A stretch of 64,000 nucleotides of DNA from Felis catus (taxonomy: Eukaryota): NCBI RefSeq assembly GCF_018350175.1, contig NC_058368.1, forward strand, positions 51,585,815 through 51,649,814, written 5' to 3'. A program made the position numbers and the translations under genes. This document shows positions 40,672 to 54,632 of this stretch, one piece after another. The notes below the pieces were generated by a model. It searched no databases, was not told the origin of the DNA, and saw nothing but the letters and a program-made list of their open reading frames with translations. Each line of letters opens with the position of its first letter. Position 1 is the stretch's first letter.

Positions 40672-41172
40672 CTTTTTTCTGTGCTAAGTGGGAATTTAGG
40701 GGCAACCTGATTCATAGCAAGAGACACAGGAATTCTGTTGGGATCAGTGGCTCTCTGAACAGCTCTGATTAATTGCAAATGATCATTGTAGTAATAGTTT
40801 CTTAAGAGGAGTTTATTAAAACTTAAATCTTAAAACTTCAATTCATGTCACTTAGGCACACACTTCAAAAATTAAGAAATTAAAGCCAACATTCCTTTCT
40901 TGACCAATGGAAAGGCCAATTAAAAACCACTTTTGCTTTGATTATAGCTCTGATATAATGTGCATTTTAAGAATGATATTTGTATTTATTTTTAATAAGG
41001 ACCACAGAACTGTTTTCAATTTTGAACATATGGGGAGTAGAGAGTGCTTCAATTCAGCTTGTGAATCCTCAGGTTAGAACAATGGTTTCCAGTCCCCTAA
41101 TGCATTTAGAAATGTAGTCTCTGTGGATGGATCTCAGTATCTGTTGTAGCTCCCATTAATCCTCATCTTTCT

Positions 41173-41270
41173 GTTTTTTAAGTAGCCTCCATGCCCAACT
41201 TGGGGCTTGAACTCAGGACCCTGAGTTTGAGAGTCACACACTCTACTGACAGAGCCATCCAGGCACCCCC
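41173..41270 (-). mobile_element. Short old Can-SINE (tRNA part only)
   Basis: A/B-box head; TSD TCATCTTT. Confidence 0.85.
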
Positions 41271-41782
41271 TTCATCTTTTCTTTTCTATTCAAGTTTGCC
41301 ATTGTATTAAGCCGAAGCAACAAAGTGTAAGGAATTCTTATGATGGAGAAAAGAACTTATACCTTCAGTAGCTCTGAGGGTGACTGACTCTTTTGTGTGA
41401 GCAGTGTCCCTGAATAGGAGCAGGCTCTGCTGTCTCCATCAGTAAACAGGTGCGAGGACAGCTGTGTCAGGAGACCCCTTGTGAGCACTAGGGAAATACA
41501 TAGCAAAGTGTTTGGAAGAAGGCTAAACTTAGTGGAGGACTGCTCATGCTTAGTAATATTTATTGACCCCTGCCTTATTAGAAACATTAATTTGTAGCAC
41601 CTTTAAAATGATGTGGTTTCCTGATATCAAGACATTTTCTTTTCTGGTTCATATTGGTTTTACTATTGCCTTTACTGGTAAGTAGATAGAACCCTGGGTT
41701 GACCTCCAGGTGTAGCAAGAATAGAGAACAGAGGATTTGGGTCATCTGGAAAACAGTATTGAGCATTTAAAGGGTAAGGGCT

Positions 41783-42005
41783 CAGTTGGTTAGGCATCCA
41801 ACTCTTGATTTTGACTCAGGTCATGATCTCACAGATTATGATCTCACAGGTTTGTGAGTTCCAGCCTCACGTTGGGCTCTGCCTGCAGAGTTTGCTCAGG
41901 ATTCTGTCTCCCTGTCTCTCTGCTCCTCCCCCACTCATGCGTGAGTGCACTCTCCCCCCTCTCTCCCTCAAAAATAGGTACATACATTTTTTTTAAAAAA
42001 GAAAG
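41783..42005 (+). mobile_element. 5'-truncated Can-SINE inserted into a MIR
   Basis: 17-bp TSD TTTAAAGGGTAAGGGCT at 41766-41782 and 42006-42022; MIR continues to ~42225. Confidence 0.92.
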
Positions 42006-42548
42006 TTTAAAGGGTAAGGGCTTTAGAAATGTGATTTTGAATCACAGCTTTGTATCTAACTGGATGAGCTTGGGCAAGTCCTTTAACCTCTCAAAGGCTT
42101 TGCTATCTTCTTTTGCAATAGCCCCTACCTCCAATGGTTATTGTAAGGATTAAGTTAGATAATTCATGTAAAGTATTTAGCACAGTGACTGGCACATGCT
42201 TAGTGCTTGGTAAGTGATAGCTTTTTCTACTGTTGACATGTGATCCCGGAGAATCATTCTTTGTCTGAAATTCCCTTCATCTAGGTTGATTTATAAGTCC
42301 TAGGAATACCTCCAATAAAGTAAAACTTTGGAGATTCTTGCATTTGTGCAAAGCAGAATATATTGCCAGAATGATTGCCATCAAATTAGCCTTAATATAC
42401 CCTAAATTATTTCCAATGAACTGGACTATATGTATATTATATATAAAAATAATAATGATAATTCTTATAAAATGATATTAATGTTTTCTTTTTGTTCAAT
42501 GCAAATTTTATCTGTCAGGAACTTTATATAGGTAATTTTAAGTACTTA

Positions 42549-43324
42549 TAACAATGGCACAAATTAAAGCAAATCAAAACCACAATAAGATATTACCTTA
42601 CACCTGTCAAAATGGCTAGAATCAAACAAACAAGAAGTAACAAATGTTGGTGAAGATGTGAAGAAAAAGGAACCCTGTAGACTGTTGGTGGGAAAGCAAA
42701 CTGGTGAAGCCACTGCAGAAAACAGTACAGATTCTTCAAAAGATTAAAAATAGAATTACCATATGATCCAGCAACTCCACTACTGGATATTTACCCAAAG
42801 AAACCAAAAATACTAATTAAAAAAAGATGTATGCATCCCTATATTTATTGCAGCATTATTTACAATAGCCAAGATACGGAAGCAATACGAGTGTTCATCA
42901 ATTAATGAATGGATAAAGATGTGTGGTGTATATACATGATGGAATATTACTCATCCATAAAAAAGAATGAGATCTTGCCATTTGCAACAATATGGATGGA
43001 CCTAGAGGGTATAATGCTAAGTGAAGTAAGTCAGAGAAAGACAAATACCATATGCTTTCACTCGTAGGTGGAATTTAAGAAACAAAACAAAGAAAAAAGG
43101 CAAATGAAAAAACAGACCCTTAAATACAGAGAACAAACTGGTGGTTACCAGCGAGGAGGTAGTTGGGGGTATGAGTGAAATAGATAAAAGGGATTAAGAG
43201 TACACTTAGTTATGATGAACGCAGAGTAATGTATAGAGTTGTTGAATCAATGTATTGTGCAACTGAAACCCCCATATAACACTGAATATTAATTATACCT
43301 CAATAGAAAATAAAAATATATATA
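42549..43324 (+). mobile_element. 5'-truncated carnivore L1 3' end
   Basis: ORF2 C-terminus and 3'UTR motifs; 16-bp TSD TAATTTTAAGTACTTA at 42533-42548 and 43325-43340. Confidence 0.93.
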
Positions 43325-44287
43325 TAATTTTAAGTACTTAAAGCAATTAAGTATCAATTTTCATGTTTTATAGATAAAGCAGAATCTCAGAGTGATTAAG
43401 GAACATCTCAAAGACTGCACAACTAGTAAACAGAAGATCTGGGATTCAGAACCAGGTTGTTTTGCTTCAGAGCCTTTGTTCTTTCTGATATACCTGCTGA
43501 TGTTCAGCGACCATGCCAAGTGGTCTATTAAATTTATCCTTCTAGTTCAATGCAGTGAAAATCAGCAGGTGGTTTTATCTCCTTAGTGAATATCAAATTT
43601 TTTGCTGCCAAATTCACAACCTCTGAGAGAATCCTGCATTCTCTTCTTTGCTAGAATCCAGAATCCCTTTAGTTGATTAAATTATTTCCATTGATGTGGA
43701 TTTCAATTCAATCTAATAACAACAAGGCACTGTCTTGACAAAGGATGTGCTGTTGTTAGGGGTTTTTCTGAGGCAATTCTTTCATAACTTTTTCAGTCAG
43801 ATGAAGCCGAGAATAGCGTTATTAACATCTGTCCAGTCCATGGCAAAGAAAAATTCTAATCTAGGGAATAGTTTTACCTCTAGTGGATCTTTTCATGAGA
43901 TTTACAAAATGATTTATAAAAACAAATCAATACAGTTTTAGGAGAAAAAATCAGTGTTAGAAAGATCAAGGATGAATGAGACATAGACAGCTAGGAGGGA
44001 GAGACACGGCTATCACCTAAAAGTAAGGTTAAGGGTACCAGGAGAGAGAAGTGTGCACAGTTCAAATCATTGAACTGAATACTGAATGTTGGGTGTGTGC
44101 TTCCAAATGATGGAGAGGAATGGAGTGTGCAGAGAAGCTAAAACTCATATGACAAAGTAAAGTGTCACACAACTTGGAGATAGACCAGCAGAAATTGTCC
44201 AAGAGGAACACAAAACAGAAAATAAGCAAAATGGTAGACCCATATCCAACCATATCAGCAATTACCTTAAAAATTAATAAACTAAAC

Positions 44288-44488
44288 CTGCCTTGTGTAA
44301 TATGACTACCACTACCACATGAGGCTATTGAAATTTAAATTGATGAAAATGAAATATAATTAAAAATTCAGTTTTTTAGTTACACCAGTCATATTTCAAG
44401 TGCTTAATAGCCATGTGTGGCTATCATATTGGATTGTGCTGATGTGGAACATTTCCATCATCATAGAAAGTTCTACTAGACAGTAATG
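44288..44488. mobile_element. MER3-like hAT-Charlie MITE
   Basis: CATATTTCAAGTGCTTAATAGCCATGTGTGGCTA...GAACATTTCCATCATCATAGAAAGTTCTA; ~200 bp. Confidence 0.8.
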
Positions 44489-44713
44489 GACACAGAGAAG
44501 GTCAAATGGATTAAAAAGAAAAGCCAGATCCAATTGTGTATTGTCTACAAGAGATCCACTTTAAGTATAAGGATATAGAAAGATATACATACAAGTGTCA
44601 TATAAAAGAGACTACAGGACAAAGAGTATTATTAGAGATAAATAGGAATACTTCATAATTAGAAAAAATTCAATTCAACAAGAAACCCTAACAATTATAG
44701 ATATTTATATGCC

Positions 44714-45432
44714 TGTATAGTTTTTTCCCCTGACACCAACTAATTCTCCAATTCTCTGACACCAAGTAGGTGTCCTACAGTTCAATTCGACTGAATTCTG
44801 AGACTACCTGGACTTAGTGCAGACCCCACAAATTAAGGTCTGAGTCCCACAGTTTGCACTCACTTCAGATACCTGCCACAAATGGGAGACCTCCAGAAGC
44901 TGCTATACTGACGACAGGGTCTGGGGTTCGCACAGCCTTCCCTCAGATTCAGTAATTCACTCAAATGAATCCCAGTACTCAGGAAAGCAGTTTACAATTA
45001 AGGGTTCATTACATAGGATACAACTCTAGCACAGACAAATGGAAGCAATGTCTAGGGCAAGGTATAGGGGGAAGGTATGCAAAACTTACATGCCTCTCTG
45101 GGCACACCACCCTCCTAGCCCCCTGATGAAGTCACCAACCTAGAAGTTCCCCAAACCCAGTCTTTTAGAGTTTTTAAATGACAATTTTATTATGTAAGCA
45201 TAATTGATTAAATCATTGGCCGTTGGTGATCAATCTCAATCTCCAGGTTCCCTGTCTGTCTCTAATCACTTGGGTGGCTTTTCTGGCGACCAGCCCCGAT
45301 CCCAAAGCTATCTAGGTCCCTCTTACGGGTCATCTCATAAGCATAAAGAAGATAGGGAATTCCAGAGGTTTTAGGAGTTCTGTGCCAGGAACCAAAGACA
45401 AAGCCCAAATATTTATATTCCACTATACCACA
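44714..45432 (-). mobile_element. MER21-like solo LTR
   Basis: TG...CA ends; flanks ATGCC/ATGAC (degenerate 5-bp TSD); GGTGTCCTACAGTTCAATTC and ATAATTGATTAAATCATTGGCC motifs. Confidence 0.8.
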
Positions 45433-45999
45433 ATGACTCATTATAGAGCCTCCAAACACATGAAACAAAATCAATAGAATCAGAGGGAGAAGTAGACAAT
45501 TCCACAATCAGATCTGGAGATTTCAGTACTTCTCTCTCACTAATTGAGAAAACAACTAGACAAAGGACTCAGTAAGAACATAGATGACGTGAACAATCAG
45601 AATGTAACTGATATTTATAGAACCCTATACCCAGCAGCTGCAAAGTATGTATTCTTTAAAAATGTACATGATGATAATGCTAGGCTATAAAATAAGCCTC
45701 AATAAATCTGAGAGGATTAAAACCATACAAAGTACGTTTTCTAAACCTAACAAACTGGAAATAAAAAACCTCAAATTTTGGAAACTGAACAACTTTTAGT
45801 AATCTGTGGATCAAAGGAAGAATAAGATAAATGGGAAAATATTTCAAACTAAATGATAACAAAATGACAACATATCACAATTTGTGGGATGTAGCACAAG
45901 CAGCACTTAGAAACTTAATCCTTAAAATGCTTATTTAAGGAAAGAAGAAAGGTCTAAAATCAATGATCTAAGGTTCCATCTTAAGAAAGTTGAAAATAA

Positions 46000-46226
46000 G
46001 GGGTGCCTGGGTGGCTTAGTCGGTTAAGTGACTGTTGATTTTGGCTCGGGTCATGATCTCATGGTTCATGAGATCAAGTCCCACGTTGGGCTCTGTGCTG
46101 ACAGCATGGAGCCTTCTTGGGATTGTCTGTCTCCCTCTCTCGCTGCCCCTCCCTTGCTCTCTCTCTCTCTCTCTCTCTCTCTTGCTCTCTCAAAATAAAT
46201 AAACAAATAAATAGACAAAAAAAAAA
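46000..46226 (+). mobile_element. Can-SINE
   Basis: TSD AAGAAAGTTGAAAATAA / AAGAAGTTTGAAAACAA. Confidence 0.93.
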
Positions 46227-47036
46227 GAAGTTTGAAAACAAACAGCAAAGGAAGGTTAAAATAGAGGGAAAGAATAATAAAGACTAGAAATCAGTGGAAT
46301 TAAAGAAAAAAATAGAGAAATTTAGCAAAGCCACGACTCAGAGTGGAAGAAGCTGAGTGGTCTGGGGATGCCAATGGAAGGATGATTGGTCCAAGGGACA
46401 GAATGTCATCAGGTCTTTGTAAAAAAAACACCTGGTCACTGTTGTTCTACCATAGTGTTGTGAGGCATGTGTTATTTTTTAACAGCATTTTGAAATTTAA
46501 AATATGAGTATAATCTTATCTTGCTCAAAATAAAGGAAGTGTCTGCCACTTTTCTATGCCTCCAATTTCTTTCTTTGCATTCAGCACTCTTGACAAGGCC
46601 TCTTCCTGATTTCTCACTATTACCTCTGCTGGGTCACAGCAATATGCAAATTAATGTAGATTCCATTCAAGACAGGGAGCCCTCAGGGCTGGATTTGGTC
46701 TAATTACAGGGTCTCCAGGAGAGTACTGTCCAGAAGAGAGGGATACATATTCTCGTTTCCACTTAACATGCTGTTAAAACTTACAAATGCCATGTACATT
46801 TTTCATGGTATTTGCGAATTTACATTTGTAAGAGTGTAAGTTACAATTTGGTCTATGGAAAATGACAATTTGATCAATGAATGGTGTTAGTTTCTATTTG
46901 AATTTGGATTTTTTGTTTAGTTTCTTTTCTTAAGTGACATTCATAAGACTCAATAAAAGTTGAATAGGTTATTTATGCATAAACAATTGCATTTTATTAT
47001 TTCATTTCACCATAACATTATTTTGCTTCATCATGT

Positions 47037-47080
47037 CCTCCCTCCCTCCTTTCTTTCCTCCCTCCTTTCTTTCCTCCCTC

Positions 47081-47145
<65 letters not shown>

Positions 47146-47168
47146 CTTTCCTTTCTTTTTTTTTTCTT
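47037..47168. repeat. Polypyrimidine (CCTC)/(CTTT)n microsatellite
   Basis: Direct reading. Confidence 0.95.
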
Positions 47169-48006
47169 TGCAAGTCAAAACAAACAAACACCCCCGCCCG
47201 AAGTGTTTAAAGGAGATTTGTGACCTCAACTAAAAACTAGAAAATATAGAACATTGCTATCCAGAAACTTGTGATATATATGGATTTGGCTATGCCACAG
47301 TACTGATATTATTCTCTGAAGCATAACTACAGTCAGTAAAACAGCCTCACCTAAAATGATTTTTGTTCAAGCCTCAAATACCGGCATTATTTAAGGGCTC
47401 CACTTTGTAGAGGTGGGATGGAGAGAGCTGAAAGAATATGTCTGACTCAGACAGATGTGGTTCAAATACTAGTATTTCTGTAATCTTGACTGTGTCCCTT
47501 GAGGGGTTTGAATGTCAATATTTTTAATGCCTACTCCACAAGGTTACAGTGTGCTTTAGAGGAAATAATGTATGTAAAGTGCTGGCACATAGAGACTGTC
47601 TGTGTCCTCCCCTCCTTGACCTGTAATACAATAAGCTGTGAGTGACTAGTAGTGTTTGCATATTCAGAGAGCCGGCATGGCAGATGGGAGGGAGCAAGGC
47701 TTTTGAAGCATAGAACAAGACTTACTCTCTTTTGCCATTCATTGGCCATCTGAGTTTAGGCTAATTATTTAACCTCTTTGAGTTTCTATTTCGCAATGTG
47801 TAAAAAAAGGAAAAGAAGATTGTATCTGTAGACATGTAATGATTAAATGAGTTATGTAAACATTTAGCACAGTGCATGGCATAATTAATGCTCAGTTAAG
47901 AGTAGCTTCAGTTATATCACTTTTGTACTCTTAAGACTTTCTGTTATTAAGGTTTTCTTTCAAAGTGCCTTCTATTTTCACTGTATTCTAATTATCAAAA
48001 CCCTCA

Positions 48007-48120
48007 GGGGGTGCCTGGCTGGCTTAGTCAGTAGAGCATATGACTCTTGATCTCCGGGTCATGAGTTCAAGCCCCACACTGGGTGTAGAGTTTACTTAAA
48101 AGAAAAAAAAGAAAAGAAAA
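48007..48120 (+). mobile_element. Short old Can-SINE
   Basis: GGGGTGCCTGGCTGGCTTAGTC...GAGTTCAAGCCCC followed by A tail; TSD ~AA(C/A)CCTCAGG. Confidence 0.88.
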
Positions 48121-50470
48121 AACAACCTCAGGATTGCAGTCAGCAATGTTAGAGCTCAGATCAATTTCTGGTTCAAATACTGTGTATTTAATTTTATCTC
48201 TGCCGCTGTTTATGAGGGCTAGAGAAGCCAATCTTACTGTCCCATATGCTGCAGAGCAAAAAGATGCTCCTGAGCTCAATGGAGGTTATTTTTCATAGCT
48301 CTAAGAATCTAATCTTTATGACTGATGACTGTTGTCTTAAGATACATAAAAGTCCCATCCAAGGTATTCATATCTCAGATTATTGATTTCTATTCAACTT
48401 GCCTACTTTTCAGTGCAACAGAGTATATGATCAGGGAGGTAAAGAGCAATATTTATTTGATTAAAATTTCTTCAGCTTGATCTGCTTGTTGCTAGTGGCA
48501 ACCAACAAAAGGATAGTTCTAAAATGACAGGTCACAACCACATTGATAACAGTCTGTATTTTTATCTTTCCCCAGTTGTGATTTTAAAATAGTCTTTCTA
48601 GTGCTTGCAGTCATAAAAATGATTACTATGTAACCACCTTAGATATATTGACAAACCTAAACAACCCTATTTCACTAACGAATCTCTTCCCAGGGCTTGG
48701 AGAGTCAGCCTCAGACCACATGGGCCATTGCTATACTAATGGCTATAAGGAAGATGATACTGTTTATATTACAGGAATTATTACCCAAAGTGAATTTCCT
48801 ATTAATTGGTATGTCTTGGATCAGCATAACATTATATGTTGCAGCAGCATTTACAAGTTTGTATCTTTTTGAAAACAGTATCACTTTCTAAAAACAAAAC
48901 AAAACAACAACAAGGAAATCTGCATGCAATCTATTAAGCGTTTGGTGGTTCTGTTGTAGAATATACTGAAGTCTCCAAAGGAGACTAAAAATAATATCCT
49001 TGGGAGATCTGTTCATAATCCAATGAAATTCAATTAGACTCCTTTCCAAGGACAAAAGAACATCTTTGCAAGCAGGGAAGTATTAACTTTACAAAAGCAT
49101 GATGCACCTTTGGGTGCATTTGTTGGATCTTCCAAAATTGAACCTTGTATACAGGAAAAAAAAAAAACACTAGAGCAGTTTGCACTTCCTCCAATCATCC
49201 TGTTAATTTGCAAGCCAATGGAGATAATCTTGGAGCACAGGATTTGATCTCTGCATGCTATGATTCTGTCTGGCTCTTGGAGTGTCACATTCACGTGGAC
49301 AGGACTTCCAGAGGAGTGGCCATTATCAAATTTACAATAAGACTGCAGCTGATTGGAAGCCTTTTGGGTGAAAATCTTGTGTGCTAAGTTGCATTTCTTG
49401 AGACCACAGAAAGGTCTCCATGCACTCCACATTAAAGGGCAGGATACCCTGAGGAGGAACATTTTAGGCTGTTAACAGTTACAGCCCAGTGGGGGAGTTG
49501 GGGGGCAGAGCATTTCCAAACAGCTGGGAATTAATGGAGCCCTTACTCCTGAGGAGGGGCGACCTTTAGCAATAAGATTTGACACAAGAAGCATAGTGCA
49601 GGGAGAGCCTCTCTGAGCTGAGCAAGGCAAGAGGGCAGAAGACGCCAAGAAGTGGTGTGAGAGAATCAAAAACATTTTGTTCACTTCATAAAATTTCCTT
49701 AGCCTGCACTCAGAATAATCCCAATTTTTAAAAATGTGCTTAAAAAGTTTGGTCTAGCCAAAGTCACGAGATACAAGTAACAGTCCCCCATTTGTCTTTC
49801 TTCTAAGTCTGTACAGTGTTGCAACACTGCTTATCTCCTTGCTTGAATTTGCCACAGGGAATGAAGATCTGACTTTCCTGGCTCTGAGCCCCAAGCTGGC
49901 TCTGAGTGAGTGTTGCTAGGGTGAAGGTTGGAGTACTGAAGAAGCGCTGACTAAGCTATTAATCTTAACTCTGCTTGCCTTCTCTGTGCTCACTCAAACT
50001 GGAATGGACTGGAGCCCTCCTTGTCTCTAGGGCTCACCAGGGGGTACTATTTATTAGATCAGAAAACAGCTTTTGCCTCTGGGAGGAAGAATTTGGCCCC
50101 AGCCCTGAGCAGCAGGCCTTCATGCACTCAATGAGCAGGTGTATTTCCCTTGTGCTCTCCACTGCCCAGGCAGTGCCCTGTGCACATAATGAGACTCCTC
50201 CATCAAGGGCACATGAGAATATGCTCTCTAGCTTGGTTTTTCCCATCCACAATGTTCAAAAACATCCAATCATGTTTTTTATTCATTAATTTGAAGTTCT
50301 TTCCATTTTCTCTTTGTCCTTGGGAGACCCAAGCTCATTGTCTTGCCTGGATTTTCTCAACTTGTCTGCTTCATAACATTTCTCCTCTCAGTAGCACAGT
50401 TCTACAAAATGCCCCAAATTTTGAATTTTTGTGAAACCCTAGAGTTTTTTTGTGAACTTGCTGAAGTAGA

Positions 50471-50537
50471 TCCTTCCTTCCTTCCTTCCTTCCTTCCTTC
50501 CTTCCTTCCTTCCTTCCTTCCTTCCTTCCTTCCTTCC
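50471..50537. repeat. (CCTT)n microsatellite
   Basis: Direct reading. Confidence 0.97.
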
Positions 50538-50647
50538 ATTCCACATCGTCTTCCTTCGGGTATGAATTGTGCGGTAATTCTTTCCATGTGAAAATTGCAA
50601 TGTGATTATTGAATATTAGGACCAGAGTTCTGAGGCCTTAGTGACCT

Positions 50648-51421
50648 TGTATTAGGTTCTTGTCGCTGCTATAACCACAAATTTAGTGACTTAAAGCAAT
50701 ATAATTTTATTGTCTATATTTCTGGAGGTCAGAAGACTGGAATGGCCTCATTGGGCTAAAATCAATGTGTCATCAGGGCTGTGTTCCTGTGTTCCTTTTA
50801 GAGACTCTAGGAGAGAACTGCTCCTTGTCTTTCCCCACGTCTACAGGCCACCTTGCACTCCTTCAGTGGTGGCTGCTCACTGTCAAAGCCAGCGTGGCCA
50901 GTCAGGTCTTTCATGCTCTTTACTGACTTTATTTCCCTCATCAAAGCCCCTTCTCTGACTCTTTCACTCTTGCCTCCCTCTTTTCACTTAGAAGGACCTT
51001 GTGATTACATTGGGCCCACCGAGATAGGCCAGGATGATCTCCCCAGCTCCAGATCCTTGATTTAATCCTGTCTTAGAAATCACTTTTGCCATGTGATGGG
51101 GCGCCTGGGTGGCTCAGTCGGTTAAGCGTCCGACTTCGGCTCAGGTCGTGATCTCACGGTTTGTGGGTTCAGGCCCTGCGTCGGGCTCTGTGCTGACAGC
51201 TCAGAGCCTGGAGCCTGCTTCGGATTCTGTGCCTCCCTCTCTCTCTGCCCTTCCCCTGTTCATGCTCTGTCTCCCTCTGTCTCAAAAATAAATAAAAACA
51301 TTAAAAAAAATTACAAAAAAAAAATCACTTTTGCCATGTGAAACAATATATTCCCACATTCCAGGGATTAAGATGTGAATATATTGGGTGGGGTTGGGGG
51401 AATGTTATTCTGCTTATTATA
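50648..51421 (-). mobile_element. MLT1C-like MaLR LTR split by a SINE
   Basis: TGTATTAGG...GCTGCTATAAC start; GTGATTACATTGGGCCCACC; GGGATTAAGATGTGAATAT end. Confidence 0.82.
51098..51321 (+). mobile_element. Can-SINE (SINEC_Fc)
   Basis: 20-bp TSD AAATCACTTTTGCCATGTGA at 51077-51096 and 51322-51341. Confidence 0.97.
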
Positions 51422-52339
51422 GACCTACTGGGCTCTTAAAAAACCAGGTTGAAATGGTAGCTGCATCTAACCTAGACTCTGAATCTCCAAATCTTGGCCC
51501 AAATGCTTGCTGATCTTCTCTGCCCTAAGTCCAGTAGAACAGTACCTGATGTAATATTTTCATAGAAGAGTATATTGCATTATAGACCAGAATGAATTCT
51601 TTATGTGTGCATGTAGGCAGGTAATACATATCTAGCTAAAAATGAGCTAGACTCTGCAAAATGTCACCTTATATTTTGGCACTTTTACAAATAGTTTCAC
51701 ACACTGGCTCATTTTAGTAATGGCATATGAATACTGTTTTGTGTGCTATAATATTTCCCAACTTTTGTCCTTCTGTTTTAGTGCTTCATTTTCTTTTTTC
51801 CCCAAAAAAGATTAGAGGAAAGGTCTATTATATTTTCTTGGAAATATATATATTGGAAATATTTCTTGGAAATACAAAAGCATGGCCTGTAATGACAGCA
51901 ATGATATAATTATCATTATTCTACTGAGGTGATTTATAAGATACAGTAAAGCGTCAATAAACATCATATAGTCTGCCAGTCCCTGTGTTCATAGAAATAA
52001 AATGTCACTCCTGTCCTTGAAGAATCCATAGTTTACTAGGAGAAAGAGATCATGCACAGAAGAGAGAATTAGCAGCCTGTGGGAGCAAGATTCGTACTAG
52101 AAAATTAAATAATGGTGATTCAAATTTTGTTAGTAGAGGACATTCAGACTTTAAACATTGCAAGCAAAGGTATTTCATTGGGAAATGGAGGTAAATGTCA
52201 CTTCCTTAAATTTGTATATGGAACAAAGGAGGTTAGCGATTACAATACACGTTGAAATAGTTGATTGGAGTTTGGGTTTTGTTAAGATATACAGTTTCTC
52301 CTTTTCATTTTATTTTATTGGAGAAATCAGGATAATATT

Positions 52340-52724
52340 TGTTATGCCCAGAATTCGTGATCCCCAAAGACCACCAGGGAGCCGAGTCCGATGCAAAAGC
52401 GAAAGAGCCTTTATTCGCGCTAGCTCGAGCTCAATCCCCTACCTGCACCAACGCAGCGGTGAGATACCGGAGAAAGAGAGAGAGTTTCAAAAGGACAAAG
52501 GTTTTATTGGGGCCTAGGGGCAGTTGGTGAGGTAATGGCTGTGGCCTCAGCCATTGGCTGGGGAAGGGTCGTGGCTTCGGCCGATTGGCTGGGGAAGGGT
52601 CGGAGTCCTGTTAGGCAGGTCGCGGGGTGTGTTTTGATGCGGAAGTTACTCAAGGGGAGGAGGTGTGGTCAAGGTGGAGGACAGAGAACAAGATGGAGTC
52701 GGCCCACGTAGGTCCGCCCTTTCA
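52340..52724 (-). mobile_element. Young gammaretrovirus-like (ERV1) solo LTR, 385 bp
   Basis: Minus strand TGAAAGGG...CATAACA; 4-bp TSD TATT (52336-52339, 52725-52728); duplicated CCAAT module; TATA-like CAATAAAA and polyA signal AATAAA; many intact CpGs. Confidence 0.93.
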
Positions 52725-53362
52725 TATTTACCTTTCAGATTTATTTTAGTAATGTTCACACACATATGTAAAGTTTCTGCTGCTCAATAAATGCTCAGAA
52801 AACTAACTAGGATGTATGTTCATCCAGGGAAATGTCTGAAGTTTTCCTTTGTTTCCCTTTAGTGTGGATATTCAAGAAATGTTGCCAAATAAGAAACTGC
52901 TTAGATGCTAACACAAGAGCACATGCTGAAACTGCCTTTTAAAATGCAAGCCAGCTGGCTGCTCTAGACCAGCTCTTAGGAAGAAAGCCTTCTTCGTCTA
53001 ATTCGTAAATGGGAAATGGGATTGCCAGGCCTCACTGGCTTGTTTATTTATTTGTTTTTTGTTTGTTTAAACTATGCATTGTTGGGTAACTGTGACAACA
53101 TTAAGAAGAGGGCGCACGAGTAAAGTGAGGAGTGACCTTTCATGAAGCAGTGTTATAACCATCGCCATGGAAGAGCGTAGAGATGATTCCATGCAGGAAC
53201 CATGGAATGGTGTGGCCTCTGGCAAGCACAGTTGATAAGCGGGAAGTGTGTCTGTGTATACCAACCTGGCAGGTGCGCGTGTGTGTCTTACACGAATATG
53301 TTCTATATATGGTTCTCTCTCTCTCCATATATGCAGGGGAGAGCATGAAACAATGTGGAAAT

Positions 53363-54632
<1,270 letters not shown>

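Larger units (their letters stand above)
44210..46333 (+). mobile_element. Ancient L1 ORF2 endonuclease-region remnant carrying MER3-like, MER21-like and SINE insertions
   Basis: ATGGTAGACCCATATCCAACCATATCAGCAATTACC (ORF2 start-like) and GGAGATTTCAGTACT (GDFNT-like). Confidence 0.8.

Noticed and set aside
48648..49462. ORFs of 74 aa (+) and 142 aa (-)
   Set aside because: No recognisable protein and no convincing paired splice sites.
52158..52530. 119-aa ORF overlapping the LTR
   Set aside because: Chance read-through into antisense LTR sequence; no gag/pol/env similarity.
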